DNA from: Lactobacillaceae bacterium
Lineage (GTDB): Bacteria; Bacillota; Bacilli; Lactobacillales; Lactobacillaceae
NCBI GenBank assembly: GCA_031282325.1
Contig: JAITDY010000057.1
Location: 17,455-81,454, forward strand
DNA length: 64,000 nucleotides
Direction of reading: 5' to 3'
Below, one piece after another: positions 1 through 9,426 of the stretch (positions within the stretch are counted from its first letter, which is position 1; each line of letters opens with the position of its first letter). The notes beneath the pieces were generated by a model. That model did no database searches. It was not told where the DNA came from and worked only from the letters and a program-made list of their open reading frames with translations. The position numbers were made by a program, and so were the translations under genes.

Positions 1-958
1 CATAGCGCCCTTGAAAATTACCAGTTGGAACTAATTTAGCAACTTGAGCCTTAGCAACATCGCCAATAGCATAAATATTTGGAATATTAGTTCTTAAATA
101 TTGATCTACCTTGATTTCATATAAATCGTTTTCAACACCAATGGCATTTAAATTTAATTCCGTATGGTTACCAACTCTACCAGCTGTATTGAATACTTGG
201 TCGACAACAATAACAGAATCATCACTTAAAGTAATTTGATATTTACCGGCTAATTTTTCAATTTTAATTACTTCACTATTGAAATGAAAATCGACATCCT
301 TTTTTTGCATTTCATTAACTACTTGCAAAACCATATCAGAATCAAAAGAACGCAAAGCAGAATCGCCATGTGTAATAACATGCGTTTTAGTTCCAGCCGT
401 TGAAGTAATCGTTGCAAATTCCATTCCAACATAACCAGCTCCAATAAAAGCCACTTCACCTTTTAGTTCGGGTAAATTTAAAAATTGTTCATAATTTAAA
501 GTAAACTCAGCGCCGGGGAAATCTAAAGTTTTTGGCTTTTGTCCGACTGCAATCACCCAATCGGTAGCTTCAATCGAAATTGGGCCAACATTAACTTGAT
601 TAGGAGTTACAAAAGACGCCACTCCGTGAAAATGTTGAATTCCAGCTTTATCCAATCCATGTAATTTGCGTGGTTGAACTGCATCGGTATACTCTTTTTT
701 ATTGGCCTGCAAAGCGGCCCAATTAATTTGAAGTTGTCCATGTAATCCATAGTTGGCTAATTTTTCTGCGCGTTTTATTCCTTCCACAGCAGTTAACATT
801 ATTTTTTTAGGATCACATCCATAATTTGGACAAGTTCCGCCCCATAAATATTTTTCAATAACAACAACCGTCTTACCTAAGGATTTGGCTTTAAAAGCAG
901 CTGCTAATCCAGCTGGACCTGCACCAATAATTCCAACATCAAATTTATAATCTACCAT
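1..958 (-). CDS. Glutathione reductase-like class I pyridine nucleotide-disulfide oxidoreductase (3' end outside window)
   Basis: Not in ORF track. Manual translation from ATG at 958: MVDYKFDVGIIGAGPAGLAAAF...WGGTCPNYGCDPKK (FAD-binding GxGxxG, redox CxxxxC), later FIGAGYVGMEF NAD(P)H motif; SD GAGGT upstream. Confidence 0.85.
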   Translation of the reverse strand, partial: MVDYKFDVGIIGAGPAGLAAAFKAKSLGKTVVVIEKYLWGGTCPNYGCDPKKIMLTAVEGIKRAEKLANYGLHGQLQINWAALQANKKEYTDAVQPRKLHGLDKAGIQHFHGVASFVTPNQVNVGPISIEATDWVIAVGQKPKTLDFPGAEFTLNYEQFLNLPELKGEVAFIGAGYVGMEFATITSTAGTKTHVITHGDSALRSFDSDMVLQVVNEMQKKDVDFHFNSEVIKIEKLAGKYQITLSDDSVIVVDQVFNTAGRVGNHTELNLNAIGVENDLYEIKVDQYLRTNIPNIYAIGDVAKAQVAKLVPTGNFQGRY

Positions 959-1000
959 TTAAAAACCTCTATTACTATTTTACTGACTTATAATGAAATT

Positions 1001-2107
1001 ATGACATTTAACAAAACTCGTTTAGAAAAACTGCAGAAAAAACTATCTGAAAATAAAATTGATCTTGCTTATATTTCTAATTTTAAAACTATTCAATATT
1101 TAATCGGTTTTGGATCTGATCCCTTTGAAAGAACGTTAGCTTTAGTCTTATTCGCGGATTCAGAACCATTTTTGTTTACTCCGGCACTTGAAGTAGAAGT
1201 AGCAAAGTCGACTGGATGGCCATATAAATTAATTGGGTATCAAGATAACCAAGATAGTATGAAAATGATTATTGATGAAATAAAATCAAGAAATGTTTCA
1301 ACTAATAAATTTGCTATCGAACAAAGTCATTTAACTTACGATAAAGCTACTCATCTAAAGGAAAATTTTGAAGGGTCAGATTTTTCTTTTAATTTAACGC
1401 CAATAATTGAGTATCAAAAATTAATCAAAGAAGATGACGAAATTGATAAATTAATTCAGGCAGGAAAAGATGCTGATTTAGCTTTTGAAGCTGGTACCCA
1501 CGCTTTAATGTTAGGAAAAAGCGAATTACAAATTGCTGCTGAATTAGAATATGCAACCAAAATGCGTAACGTTACGGAAATGAGTTTTGCAACATTAATA
1601 CAGACTGGCAGTCATGCCGCAGACCCACACGGTGAGACTTCAGATCGTTTATTAGAAAATAATTCATTAGTTTTATTTGATTTAGGAACAGTTTATGAAG
1701 GTTATATTTCTGATATGAGTAGAACTGTTGCATTAGGTAAACCCACTCAACATATGAAAGATATTCATGCAATTGTTTTAGAAGCACAATTGGCTGCTCA
1801 GGAAGCCGCAAGGCCGGGGATTACAGCTGCTCAATTAGATAATGTTGCACGTAGTGTGATTGAAAAAGCTGGATACGGTGAATATTTCATTCATCGATTA
1901 GGACATGGAGTAGGTATGAGCGAACATGAATTTCCATCCATTATGGAAGGTAATGATTTGGTATTACAGCCCAACATGGCATTTTCAATTGAACCGGGGA
2001 TCTATATTCCAAATGATTTAGGTGTAAGAATTGAAGATAGTGTTTATATCACTGAAAACGGAGCTATTCCATTCACTAATTCATCTAAGGAATTATTAAT
2101 TTTTTAA
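1001..2107 (+). CDS. pepQ: Xaa-Pro dipeptidase (prolidase, M24B)
   Basis: Creatinase_N + M24 domain; DLG..YISDMSRT, HRLGHGVG, HEFP, EPGIY, GVRIED motifs. Confidence 0.9.
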   Translation: MTFNKTRLEKLQKKLSENKIDLAYISNFKTIQYLIGFGSDPFERTLALVLFADSEPFLFTPALEVEVAKSTGWPYKLIGYQDNQDSMKMIIDEIKSRNVSTNKFAIEQSHLTYDKATHLKENFEGSDFSFNLTPIIEYQKLIKEDDEIDKLIQAGKDADLAFEAGTHALMLGKSELQIAAELEYATKMRNVTEMSFATLIQTGSHAADPHGETSDRLLENNSLVLFDLGTVYEGYISDMSRTVALGKPTQHMKDIHAIVLEAQLAAQEAARPGITAAQLDNVARSVIEKAGYGEYFIHRLGHGVGMSEHEFPSIMEGNDLVLQPNMAFSIEPGIYIPNDLGVRIEDSVYITENGAIPFTNSSKELLIF

Positions 2108-2111
2108 AAGA

Positions 2112-2150
2112 AATTAAAAGGACTATTTTTAATAAATAGTCCTTTTAATT
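2112..2150. terminator. Bidirectional intrinsic terminator between convergent pepQ and LysM-NlpC/P60
   Basis: AATTAAAAGGACTATTT / AAATAGTCCTTTTAATT inverted repeat. Confidence 0.85.
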
Positions 2151-2750
2151 TGCGTAACTATAGGCTGTTGGATTCCCCCACACGCTTGTAATTAAAACTG
2201 CACCTCCCGGTTTTGGAGCGACAATCATTTGATTATTTCCTAAATAAATGGCAACATGGTATTCACCACCAACCTCACCCCAAAACAATAAATCACCTTT
2301 TAATGCTCTTGATATTTCTTTTGGCATAATCCCAAGTGCTCGAAGACTAGCCGCCTGTTGGTAGGTAGTTCGGCCTAAATGACTTAATCCTAATTCCTGC
2401 CTTACATATTCAACCAATCCAGAACAATCAAAACCATTAGGTGTATTACCACCCCACAGGTAAGGAACTCCAATATATTCTTTAGTCTTTTCAATCATTA
2501 AATCTGCAGAATTTTCAACTATGTTATTTTCTACATAAGCAGGTATTTCTAATAATTGATTTTCATAAATTAAATTGGGATTTTCAATATTATTCTTTTG
2601 AACAATATCATCAATGCTAATATGATGTGTTTCTGCAATTTGAGATAAGGTATCTCCTTTTTGAACGGTAATTAAATTTGCATCTGCTATTACAGAATTT
2701 GCATATAATCCACTCGCCACAAAAGCAGCTGTTAACAAAATTTTCTTCAT
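2145..2750 (-). CDS. Secreted LysM + NlpC/P60 peptidoglycan endopeptidase
   Basis: Signal peptide ending ADA; LysM VQKGDTLSQIA..NPNLIY; NlpC/P60 GVPYLWGG, FDCSGL, HVAIYLG. Confidence 0.9.
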   Translation of the reverse strand: MKKILLTAAFVASGLYANSVIADANLITVQKGDTLSQIAETHHISIDDIVQKNNIENPNLIYENQLLEIPAYVENNIVENSADLMIEKTKEYIGVPYLWGGNTPNGFDCSGLVEYVRQELGLSHLGRTTYQQAASLRALGIMPKEISRALKGDLLFWGEVGGEYHVAIYLGNNQMIVAPKPGGAVLITSVWGNPTAYSYAN

Positions 2751-2794
2751 ACAGCATGGTACGTTTTTTTAAAAAAAATTTAACTTTTAAATAA

Positions 2795-3448
2795 TTAAGC
2801 CATCTTGCGTTCGATAATTTTCGATAAGCGACTCAAACCAAAATTAACTAGGAAATAAATAATTGCTAGAATCACAAAAACTGGCACCATATAATTAGAA
2901 TTTTGTCCGTAAATTATTTGACCACGGTACATTAATTCAGGCAAAACAATTCCAGTTGCAAGGCTAGTATCCTTTACCAAAGAAATAAATTGGCTCACTA
3001 GGGGAGGGATCATTTTTTTATATGCTTGAGGTAAAACAACGAAGATCATTGTTTGAATATTATTCATTCCATTAGCTCGAGCGCCTTCAAACTGTCCAAT
3101 ATCGACTGCATTAATACCACTTCTTACTATTTCAGAAATCATTGTCGCTTCAAAAAAAGTAAAGGCAACAACTGACGACCAAAAAATAGAAAAATGAATT
3201 CCGATTTTTGGCAACGCGAAATATACAAAGAAAATAATTAATAATAGGGGTAGATTACGAATAATATCAACAGAAATGCTAACAAATTTTGAAAAATAAG
3301 GAATTTTTTCATATACAATGATTCCAAAAATAGATCCAATTATAAAACTAAAAATTGTTGAAATCATTGACACCGACAAGGTATACATTAAACCAATAAA
3401 AAGGTATCTAAAATTATCAAAGGTAAATAATCCGGCAATTGTAATCAT
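2795..3448 (-). CDS. glnP: Polar amino acid (glutamine-type) ABC permease
   Basis: RNLPLL, EAA loop GQFEGARANG, LVKDTSL. Confidence 0.8.
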   Translation of the reverse strand: MITIAGLFTFDNFRYLFIGLMYTLSVSMISTIFSFIIGSIFGIIVYEKIPYFSKFVSISVDIIRNLPLLLIIFFVYFALPKIGIHFSIFWSSVVAFTFFEATMISEIVRSGINAVDIGQFEGARANGMNNIQTMIFVVLPQAYKKMIPPLVSQFISLVKDTSLATGIVLPELMYRGQIIYGQNSNYMVPVFVILAIIYFLVNFGLSRLSKIIERKMA

Positions 3449-4110
3449 TAGTGAGCACCTCCTTTAAAGCGTTGTTCCAAATGTTTCATATAATAGCTAA
3501 TTGGCATTGTAATAATTAAATAAAAGATTGCAACAATAAAATAAGTATTTAATGAATCAAAAGTATTTTGAGCAATTGAATTAGCATTGTACATTAAATC
3601 TAACCCCGCCACGAAAGCTAGCACTGAACTATTTTTCACTAAATTAACAAATTGGTTTCCCAGATTTGGAATTGAAATTTTAAATGCTTGGGGTAAAACT
3701 ATATAACGCATCGCTTGCCACCAAGACAGACCGTTAGAAACTGCTCCTTCCATTTGACTACTACTTATTGAATTAATGCCGGAACGAATAACTTCAGCAA
3801 TAAAGGCCGAAGTATACAAAGTAAGACCAATAGTTCCAGCAGTAAAACCATCAATTGGCAAGCCAATTTTTTTAGCCACCGGCGCTACAAAAGCAAAAAA
3901 GAATAGGGTAATCACAAGAAGCGGAATGTTTCTAAAAATTTCAACATAAGTTTCACTAATTATGCGAGTAATTTTATTTCTAGAAACTTGCATAACGGCA
4001 AAAATAGTTCCTAAAATTAGCGATCCAAATAACGCGATTATTGAAGATTCAATAGTAACCCAAAAACCATTTAAAAGTTGAGGGAAATATTTCAATAAAA
4101 TATCAATCAT
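3448..4110 (-). CDS. glnM: Polar amino acid (glutamine-type) ABC permease
   Basis: RNIPLL, QMEGAVSNG, LVKNSSVL; start moved to ATG 4110 (GGAGGAG SD, ATGA overlap with upstream stop). Confidence 0.8.
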   Translation of the reverse strand: MIDILLKYFPQLLNGFWVTIESSIIALFGSLILGTIFAVMQVSRNKITRIISETYVEIFRNIPLLVITLFFFAFVAPVAKKIGLPIDGFTAGTIGLTLYTSAFIAEVIRSGINSISSSQMEGAVSNGLSWWQAMRYIVLPQAFKISIPNLGNQFVNLVKNSSVLAFVAGLDLMYNANSIAQNTFDSLNTYFIVAIFYLIITMPISYYMKHLEQRFKGGAH

Positions 4111-4970
4111 CGTTCTAAACTCCTCCAATTCATTCCAGGGACCTTACTAAACCATTTTTTAATTAATTTATTATAGCTTCCGTTTTTTATAATCTCATCT
4201 AAAGCCTTATTAGTGGCTTTAGTAATTGGAACTTGATCTTTATCAAAAGCAATTGAATAGGGTTCGTTTGTAAAGGGTTCACCTGCAACCACATAACCTT
4301 TATTTTCCATTGACATTCCATATAAAATTCCATTATCTGAAGTTATCGCATCCCCTTGTCCAGCTTTTAAGGCAGTCATCGCTTGAGCGTAATCGTTTAA
4401 TGCTAAAATTTTAGCTTTTGGAGCAAATTTTTTAATGTTGATAATTGAATTGGCACCGACAACTCCTAAAATGGTTTTATCTGCCTTGTTTAAATCTTTT
4501 ACTGATTTAATATTTTCTTTGGTGGGAACTAAAATAGATTGTCCAGCTGAGAAATATGGTTTTGAAAAATCGGCTACTTTTTTACGTTCAGGAGTTGCGG
4601 TAGCGGTAGCAGCAAAAGCGTCAATATTTCCATTTTTTAATAATTGGATACGGGTACTGGAAGTAACCTGCACAAAAATTGGTTCAATTGTAATATTTAA
4701 ATCACTAGCTATTTGTTTTGTTACTGCTTTAGCGATATCAACATCGAATCCTTTTATTTGTCCGTCATTAGTATCCATTAAACCAAATAATTTAGTATCA
4801 GCTTTCACTCCCCATGTCATTATATGAGCATTTTTAACACGTTCTAAAGTATCGGTCCCCTGATGTGTTGTATTGGCTTTAATCGCCATAATTGTAATTG
4901 CACCAAAGAATATTAGAATGGAAATTAAAGTTGCAACTATTCCAAATTGTCTTTTTTTCGCTTTTTCCAT
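4107..4970 (-). CDS. glnH: Glutamine/glutamate-type ABC substrate-binding protein (Peb1a-like), N-terminal membrane anchor
   Basis: WGVKADTKLFG, GFDVDIAK, TRIQLLKNGNID, SDNGILYG. Confidence 0.8.
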   Translation of the reverse strand: MEKAKKRQFGIVATLISILIFFGAITIMAIKANTTHQGTDTLERVKNAHIMTWGVKADTKLFGLMDTNDGQIKGFDVDIAKAVTKQIASDLNITIEPIFVQVTSSTRIQLLKNGNIDAFAATATATPERKKVADFSKPYFSAGQSILVPTKENIKSVKDLNKADKTILGVVGANSIINIKKFAPKAKILALNDYAQAMTALKAGQGDAITSDNGILYGMSMENKGYVVAGEPFTNEPYSIAFDKDQVPITKATNKALDEIIKNGSYNKLIKKWFSKVPGMNWRSLER

Positions 4971-4985
4971 TTATTCCTCCTATTT

Positions 4986-5732
4986 TTAATGATGTTCAAC
5001 TTGACTTAAGAACTGTTGGGCTCGCTTTGTTTTTGGATTTTTAAAGAATTCCTCAGTTTTAGAATCTTCCAAAACTTCTCCGTCAGCCATAAAAATAACC
5101 CTGTCAGAAACTTGCTTAGCAAAATTCATCTCATGCGTAACAACTAACATCGTCATATCTGAATCTTGGGCAATATCCTTCATTACATCTAAAACATCCC
5201 CGATCATTTCTGGATCAAGTGCAGAGGTTGGTTCATCAAATAAAAGGGCTTTGGGTTGCATTGCTAGTGAACGTGCTATTGCTACTCGTTGTTTTTGACC
5301 ACCAGAAAGTTCGTTCGGCATATTGGCTGCTTTATCTGCTAAACCTACTTTATCAAGCAACTCCATGGCTATTTTGTGGTTTTCATTTTCAGGTCTTTTT
5401 AAGACGATTCTTGGAGCAAGCATAATATTTTCTAGCGTAGATTTATTATCGTAAAGATTAAAATGTTGAAAAACCATTCCAACATTTTTACGAATTTTAT
5501 TTATATCTGTTTTGTCACTCGCTAAATCGTAACCGTCAACTAATAATTGACCGTCATTAATTTCTTCTAAACCATTAATGGTACGAATTAGAGTTGATTT
5601 TCCTGAACCTGATGGCCCGATTAAAACTACTTTTTCACCTTTTTTAATATCTAAATTAATTTTTTTAAGCGCATGAAAATCACCATAATATTTTTCGACA
5701 TTGTTAAATGTAATCATACTGATATCTGACAT
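4986..5732 (-). CDS. glnQ: Amino acid ABC transporter ATP-binding protein
   Basis: GPSGSGKST, LSGGQKQR, FDEPTSALDPE, VTHEM. Confidence 0.9.
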   Translation of the reverse strand: MSDISMITFNNVEKYYGDFHALKKINLDIKKGEKVVLIGPSGSGKSTLIRTINGLEEINDGQLLVDGYDLASDKTDINKIRKNVGMVFQHFNLYDNKSTLENIMLAPRIVLKRPENENHKIAMELLDKVGLADKAANMPNELSGGQKQRVAIARSLAMQPKALLFDEPTSALDPEMIGDVLDVMKDIAQDSDMTMLVVTHEMNFAKQVSDRVIFMADGEVLEDSKTEEFFKNPKTKRAQQFLSQVEHH

Positions 5733-5792
5733 ATTACCTCCAAAATAAATTGCTTTTTCTTAATGTTTTTATTTTAATACATTCATTTCAAA

Positions 5793-7583
5793 CTAAGAAT
5801 TAGATTGCATTTTATATAAATTATAATAATAACCTTTTTTCTTAATCAAACTTTGATGATTGCCCCGCTCCACTACGATTCCCTTATCTAAAACTAAAAT
5901 TAAATCGGCATCTTTAATAGTTGATAATCGGTGAGCGATGGCGATTGTAGTACGATTAGAACGCATCTTTTTTAAGGCCGTTTGAATTAGATTTTCAGTT
6001 TGCGTATCAATATTTGCCGTAGCCTCATCTAAAATCAAAATCTTGGGATTAGTTACAATTGTACGCGCGAAAGATATTAATTGTTTTTGTCCACCTGAGA
6101 GCGAAGTCCCACCTTCAGTAATTTTAGTATCGTATCCATTTGGTAATCTTTGAATAAAGTCATCGGCAGAAACAAATTTAGTTGCTTCGATAATTTTCTT
6201 ATTACTAATTGCCTTATTGTACATTCTGATATTATTTTTTACATCACCATAAAACATAAAGGCATCTTGCAAAACTAAGCCCATTTTTTTGCGTAATTCT
6301 TTTGGATCGATATCACGAATATCGTTATCGTCAATTAAAATCTGCCCTTCTTGAAACTCATAAAAACGCATTAAAGCATTAATAGTCGAAGATTTACCAG
6401 AACCAGTGTGGCCTACTAGAGCGATAGTTTGTCCAGGCTCGGCTATAAAACTTAAATTCTTTAGAACGATATTTTTATCGTCGTAAGCAAAACTAACATT
6501 TCGAAATTCAATTTTACCCTTAGTAATTTTTTTATTGGCATTAGGATTTTGAGCTGGTGCGTAAGTATCATCATCTAGGATTTTGCTTGCTCTATAACCA
6601 GAAACAATCCCGTCCTGAAAAGTACTCATCCCTGATTGCACTTGCTGTAATGGATTAAATATTTGTCCGACAAGTGAAACCAATGAATAAGTTACGCCGG
6701 CAGCAATTACTGAATGTGATATTGATTGTTTTCCAATATACAAATAAACCAAAGTTATCGTAATCCCAAGTAATAAATTATTCAGCGGACTTAACCAAAG
6801 AGAATCGGTTTTTACCATCGAAATACGGGAATTGAAATAATCATCTGACTCTTTAAAATATTCTTCTGCAATTCTTTTCTCTTGTGAAAAATTTTTAATC
6901 GTTGCGATGCCGTTAACAGATTCGGCTAATTTTGCATTTAAAACAGATAGACGCTCACGCATTTTTCGATAAACAGATGATGAAATTCGTTGATAGTACC
7001 AAATTGAAAGTAAAATTATCGGTAAAATTAAAAACATCCAATAGGTTAAACTTTCATCAAGCTGAAACATGAAATAATAGGTAGAAATTACAGAAGCCAC
7101 TGTTGTAATTATTGATAAAAATAAAAACCAAAAATCAAAAAAAGATTCGGTATCATTCATTACACGAGTAACTAAGGCTCCGCCGGGTGTTTGATCAAAA
7201 TAACGCATACCCAGGGTATGCAATTTCGCATATAATTTACGGCGAACTTCATTTAAAGCCAGTTGAGCTGCATCTTCATAAGTTGTCATTTGAATATAAT
7301 TGAAAATTGCATTTAATATTCGTACTGACGAAAATAATAACGCGAAAAAAAGGATCGTCTTTACAGTGGTCGATGTTTTAGTTAAATTATTATTAATAAA
7401 ATTACCAAGTAAAAATGGAATCAATCCCTGCAAAATAGATATTAAAAAAGTCAAGACCGCTGCAAAAAGAAATTTTTTTCTGGCATTCGGACCGGCTAAT
7501 TGAATTAATCTTTTTACAACACTAACTTGTTCTTTAAGTGGTATGCTTTGAGACCAGACAGAATTATTCTTTTTTTCAGCCAT
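5793..7583 (-). CDS. Heterodimeric ABC exporter subunit (consensus NBD; BmrD/YheH-like)
   Basis: TMD + NBD; GHTGSGKSS, LSGGQKQ, DEATANID, AHRLST. Confidence 0.85.
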   Translation of the reverse strand: MAEKKNNSVWSQSIPLKEQVSVVKRLIQLAGPNARKKFLFAAVLTFLISILQGLIPFLLGNFINNNLTKTSTTVKTILFFALLFSSVRILNAIFNYIQMTTYEDAAQLALNEVRRKLYAKLHTLGMRYFDQTPGGALVTRVMNDTESFFDFWFLFLSIITTVASVISTYYFMFQLDESLTYWMFLILPIILLSIWYYQRISSSVYRKMRERLSVLNAKLAESVNGIATIKNFSQEKRIAEEYFKESDDYFNSRISMVKTDSLWLSPLNNLLLGITITLVYLYIGKQSISHSVIAAGVTYSLVSLVGQIFNPLQQVQSGMSTFQDGIVSGYRASKILDDDTYAPAQNPNANKKITKGKIEFRNVSFAYDDKNIVLKNLSFIAEPGQTIALVGHTGSGKSSTINALMRFYEFQEGQILIDDNDIRDIDPKELRKKMGLVLQDAFMFYGDVKNNIRMYNKAISNKKIIEATKFVSADDFIQRLPNGYDTKITEGGTSLSGGQKQLISFARTIVTNPKILILDEATANIDTQTENLIQTALKKMRSNRTTIAIAHRLSTIKDADLILVLDKGIVVERGNHQSLIKKKGYYYNLYKMQSNS

Positions 7584-9349
7584 TATTTCTCTCCTTTCTC
7601 GATTTTATTTTCATATTGTGTTGCCAATTCTTGTTGATGAAAAGTTTTAGAATACCAACCAGTTTTCGTAATTAAGTCTTTATGTTTTCCGCGCTCAATA
7701 ATTTTTCCATTTTTAAACACGAGTATTTCATCAGCATTAACAACCGAAGAAATACGAGAAGCAGATATAATAGTGGTTTTATCTTGACGATTTTTCTTCA
7801 ATCCATTTAGAATTTCTTTTTCAGTTTTGGCGTCAACCGCTGAAAGGGCGTCATCTAAAATTAAAATATCAGGATCAGAAATTATAGCTCTAGCGATCGA
7901 AAGTCTTTGTCTTTGTCCGCCAGAAAGACTGATTCCATTTTCGCCAACAACAGTATCGTATTTATTTGGCATTTGTAAAACATCGTCATGTAAGGCAGCA
8001 GTTTTAGCTGCATTTTGAACTTTTTGCAAGGATAGTTTGGGGTTAATAAATGAAATATTTTCTTTAATCGTGGTTGAAAATAAAAAATTATCTTGTGAAA
8101 CATAGCCTAAAACACCTAAATATTTAGAAAGTTTATATTTTTTAATATCGATACCATTATAAGAAATCACGCCATTATAGTTGTCAAATTCACGCATAAT
8201 TAAACGTAACAAAGATGTTTTGCCGGATCCAACCTGACCCACCAAGCCCAAGGTTTGCCCTTTTTTGAGGCTGGCAACTATATGAGACAAAATAGCAGTA
8301 TTGGGATCATCTGAAAAAGAAAAACTTTTAATATTAATATCTAAATCACCGGCTTTAATGCTACTAATCCCATTGGGATCATCTTTAATGGAAGTTTCTT
8401 CTTGCAAAACTTCTGAAACACGATCATATGAAGAATTACCACGTTCCAATAAATTAAATAATTGTCCAAGTGCAAACATCGGCCAAATTAAATTACCTAC
8501 ATATCCAGTAAAAGTAACCAAAGATCCCACCGTAATTTCTTTTTGCAAGACTAAATTTCCACCAACAATAATTAGCATTAAGTAAGAAACAGTAATTACA
8601 ATTGTTGCAAGTGGATCAAATAATGCATCTAAATGAGCCGTTTTTTTATTATTTTTAATTTGCTGTTGAATTTCTTGTTCAAAAGAAGCAATATCTTCTT
8701 GCTCTTGACCTAATGTTTTTATTACTTTCATTCCTAAAAAAGATTCTTGGGCATGATCGCTCATTTTAGAAAATTGATCCTGATAATTAGTAAAAGCTTT
8801 TCTTAAACGAGGAGAAATATATGATACCCCAACAGCGATTAAGGGCAACGGAATAACGGCTGCCAGTACTAATCTCCAATCAGTAGATAAAAACATTGCA
8901 ATGAGTGTCATAATGATTACGGTCGTAGAATCAAAAACCATTAATACACCACCAGAAGCTACACGCTGAATAGAACTTATATCGTTAGAAGATAGGGCCA
9001 TCAAATCACCGGTACGGTATTTTTGATAAAAATTTGCATCCATTTTCATATAGTGCGAAAATAATTTTTTCCTCAAATTCAATTCCAACAAAGCGGCCCC
9101 TTTTACGATATGGGTTTGGAAAATAAAACGCGAAATATACATACCGATATAAATTAATAAAAGAACTGCTAAAAACAACAATAACCATGTCCAAGTTAAA
9201 TTTTTAGCTATAATTTTATCGGTAAAAATTCCCAACATTTTAGGTGGAATTAGTTGCAATAAATTAACTATAAATAAAAAAAGAATACCTATAAAATAGG
9301 TTTTCTTATATTTTTTAAAAAACCAGCTTAATTTGAAAAAAATACTCAT
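7583..9349 (-). CDS. Heterodimeric ABC exporter subunit (degenerate NBD; BmrC/YheI-like)
   Basis: MSIFFKLSWFFK start (ATG 9349 with AAGGAG SD); degenerate Walker B DDALSAVD and H-switch replaced (ASRISS). Confidence 0.85.
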   Translation of the reverse strand: MSIFFKLSWFFKKYKKTYFIGILFLFIVNLLQLIPPKMLGIFTDKIIAKNLTWTWLLLFLAVLLLIYIGMYISRFIFQTHIVKGAALLELNLRKKLFSHYMKMDANFYQKYRTGDLMALSSNDISSIQRVASGGVLMVFDSTTVIIMTLIAMFLSTDWRLVLAAVIPLPLIAVGVSYISPRLRKAFTNYQDQFSKMSDHAQESFLGMKVIKTLGQEQEDIASFEQEIQQQIKNNKKTAHLDALFDPLATIVITVSYLMLIIVGGNLVLQKEITVGSLVTFTGYVGNLIWPMFALGQLFNLLERGNSSYDRVSEVLQEETSIKDDPNGISSIKAGDLDINIKSFSFSDDPNTAILSHIVASLKKGQTLGLVGQVGSGKTSLLRLIMREFDNYNGVISYNGIDIKKYKLSKYLGVLGYVSQDNFLFSTTIKENISFINPKLSLQKVQNAAKTAALHDDVLQMPNKYDTVVGENGISLSGGQRQRLSIARAIISDPDILILDDALSAVDAKTEKEILNGLKKNRQDKTTIISASRISSVVNADEILVFKNGKIIERGKHKDLITKTGWYSKTFHQQELATQYENKIEKGEK

Positions 9350-9426
9350 TTTACTCCTTAAAAAAAATCGGCTATTTAGAAAAATAAACCGACTTATTAA
9401 TTTAACCTCTATTGTATCAATATTAA

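Noticed and set aside
2205-2265. NlpC/P60 third catalytic position is Val (MIVAP)
   Set aside because: The Cys-His dyad is intact and this position varies in the family; not evidence of inactivation.
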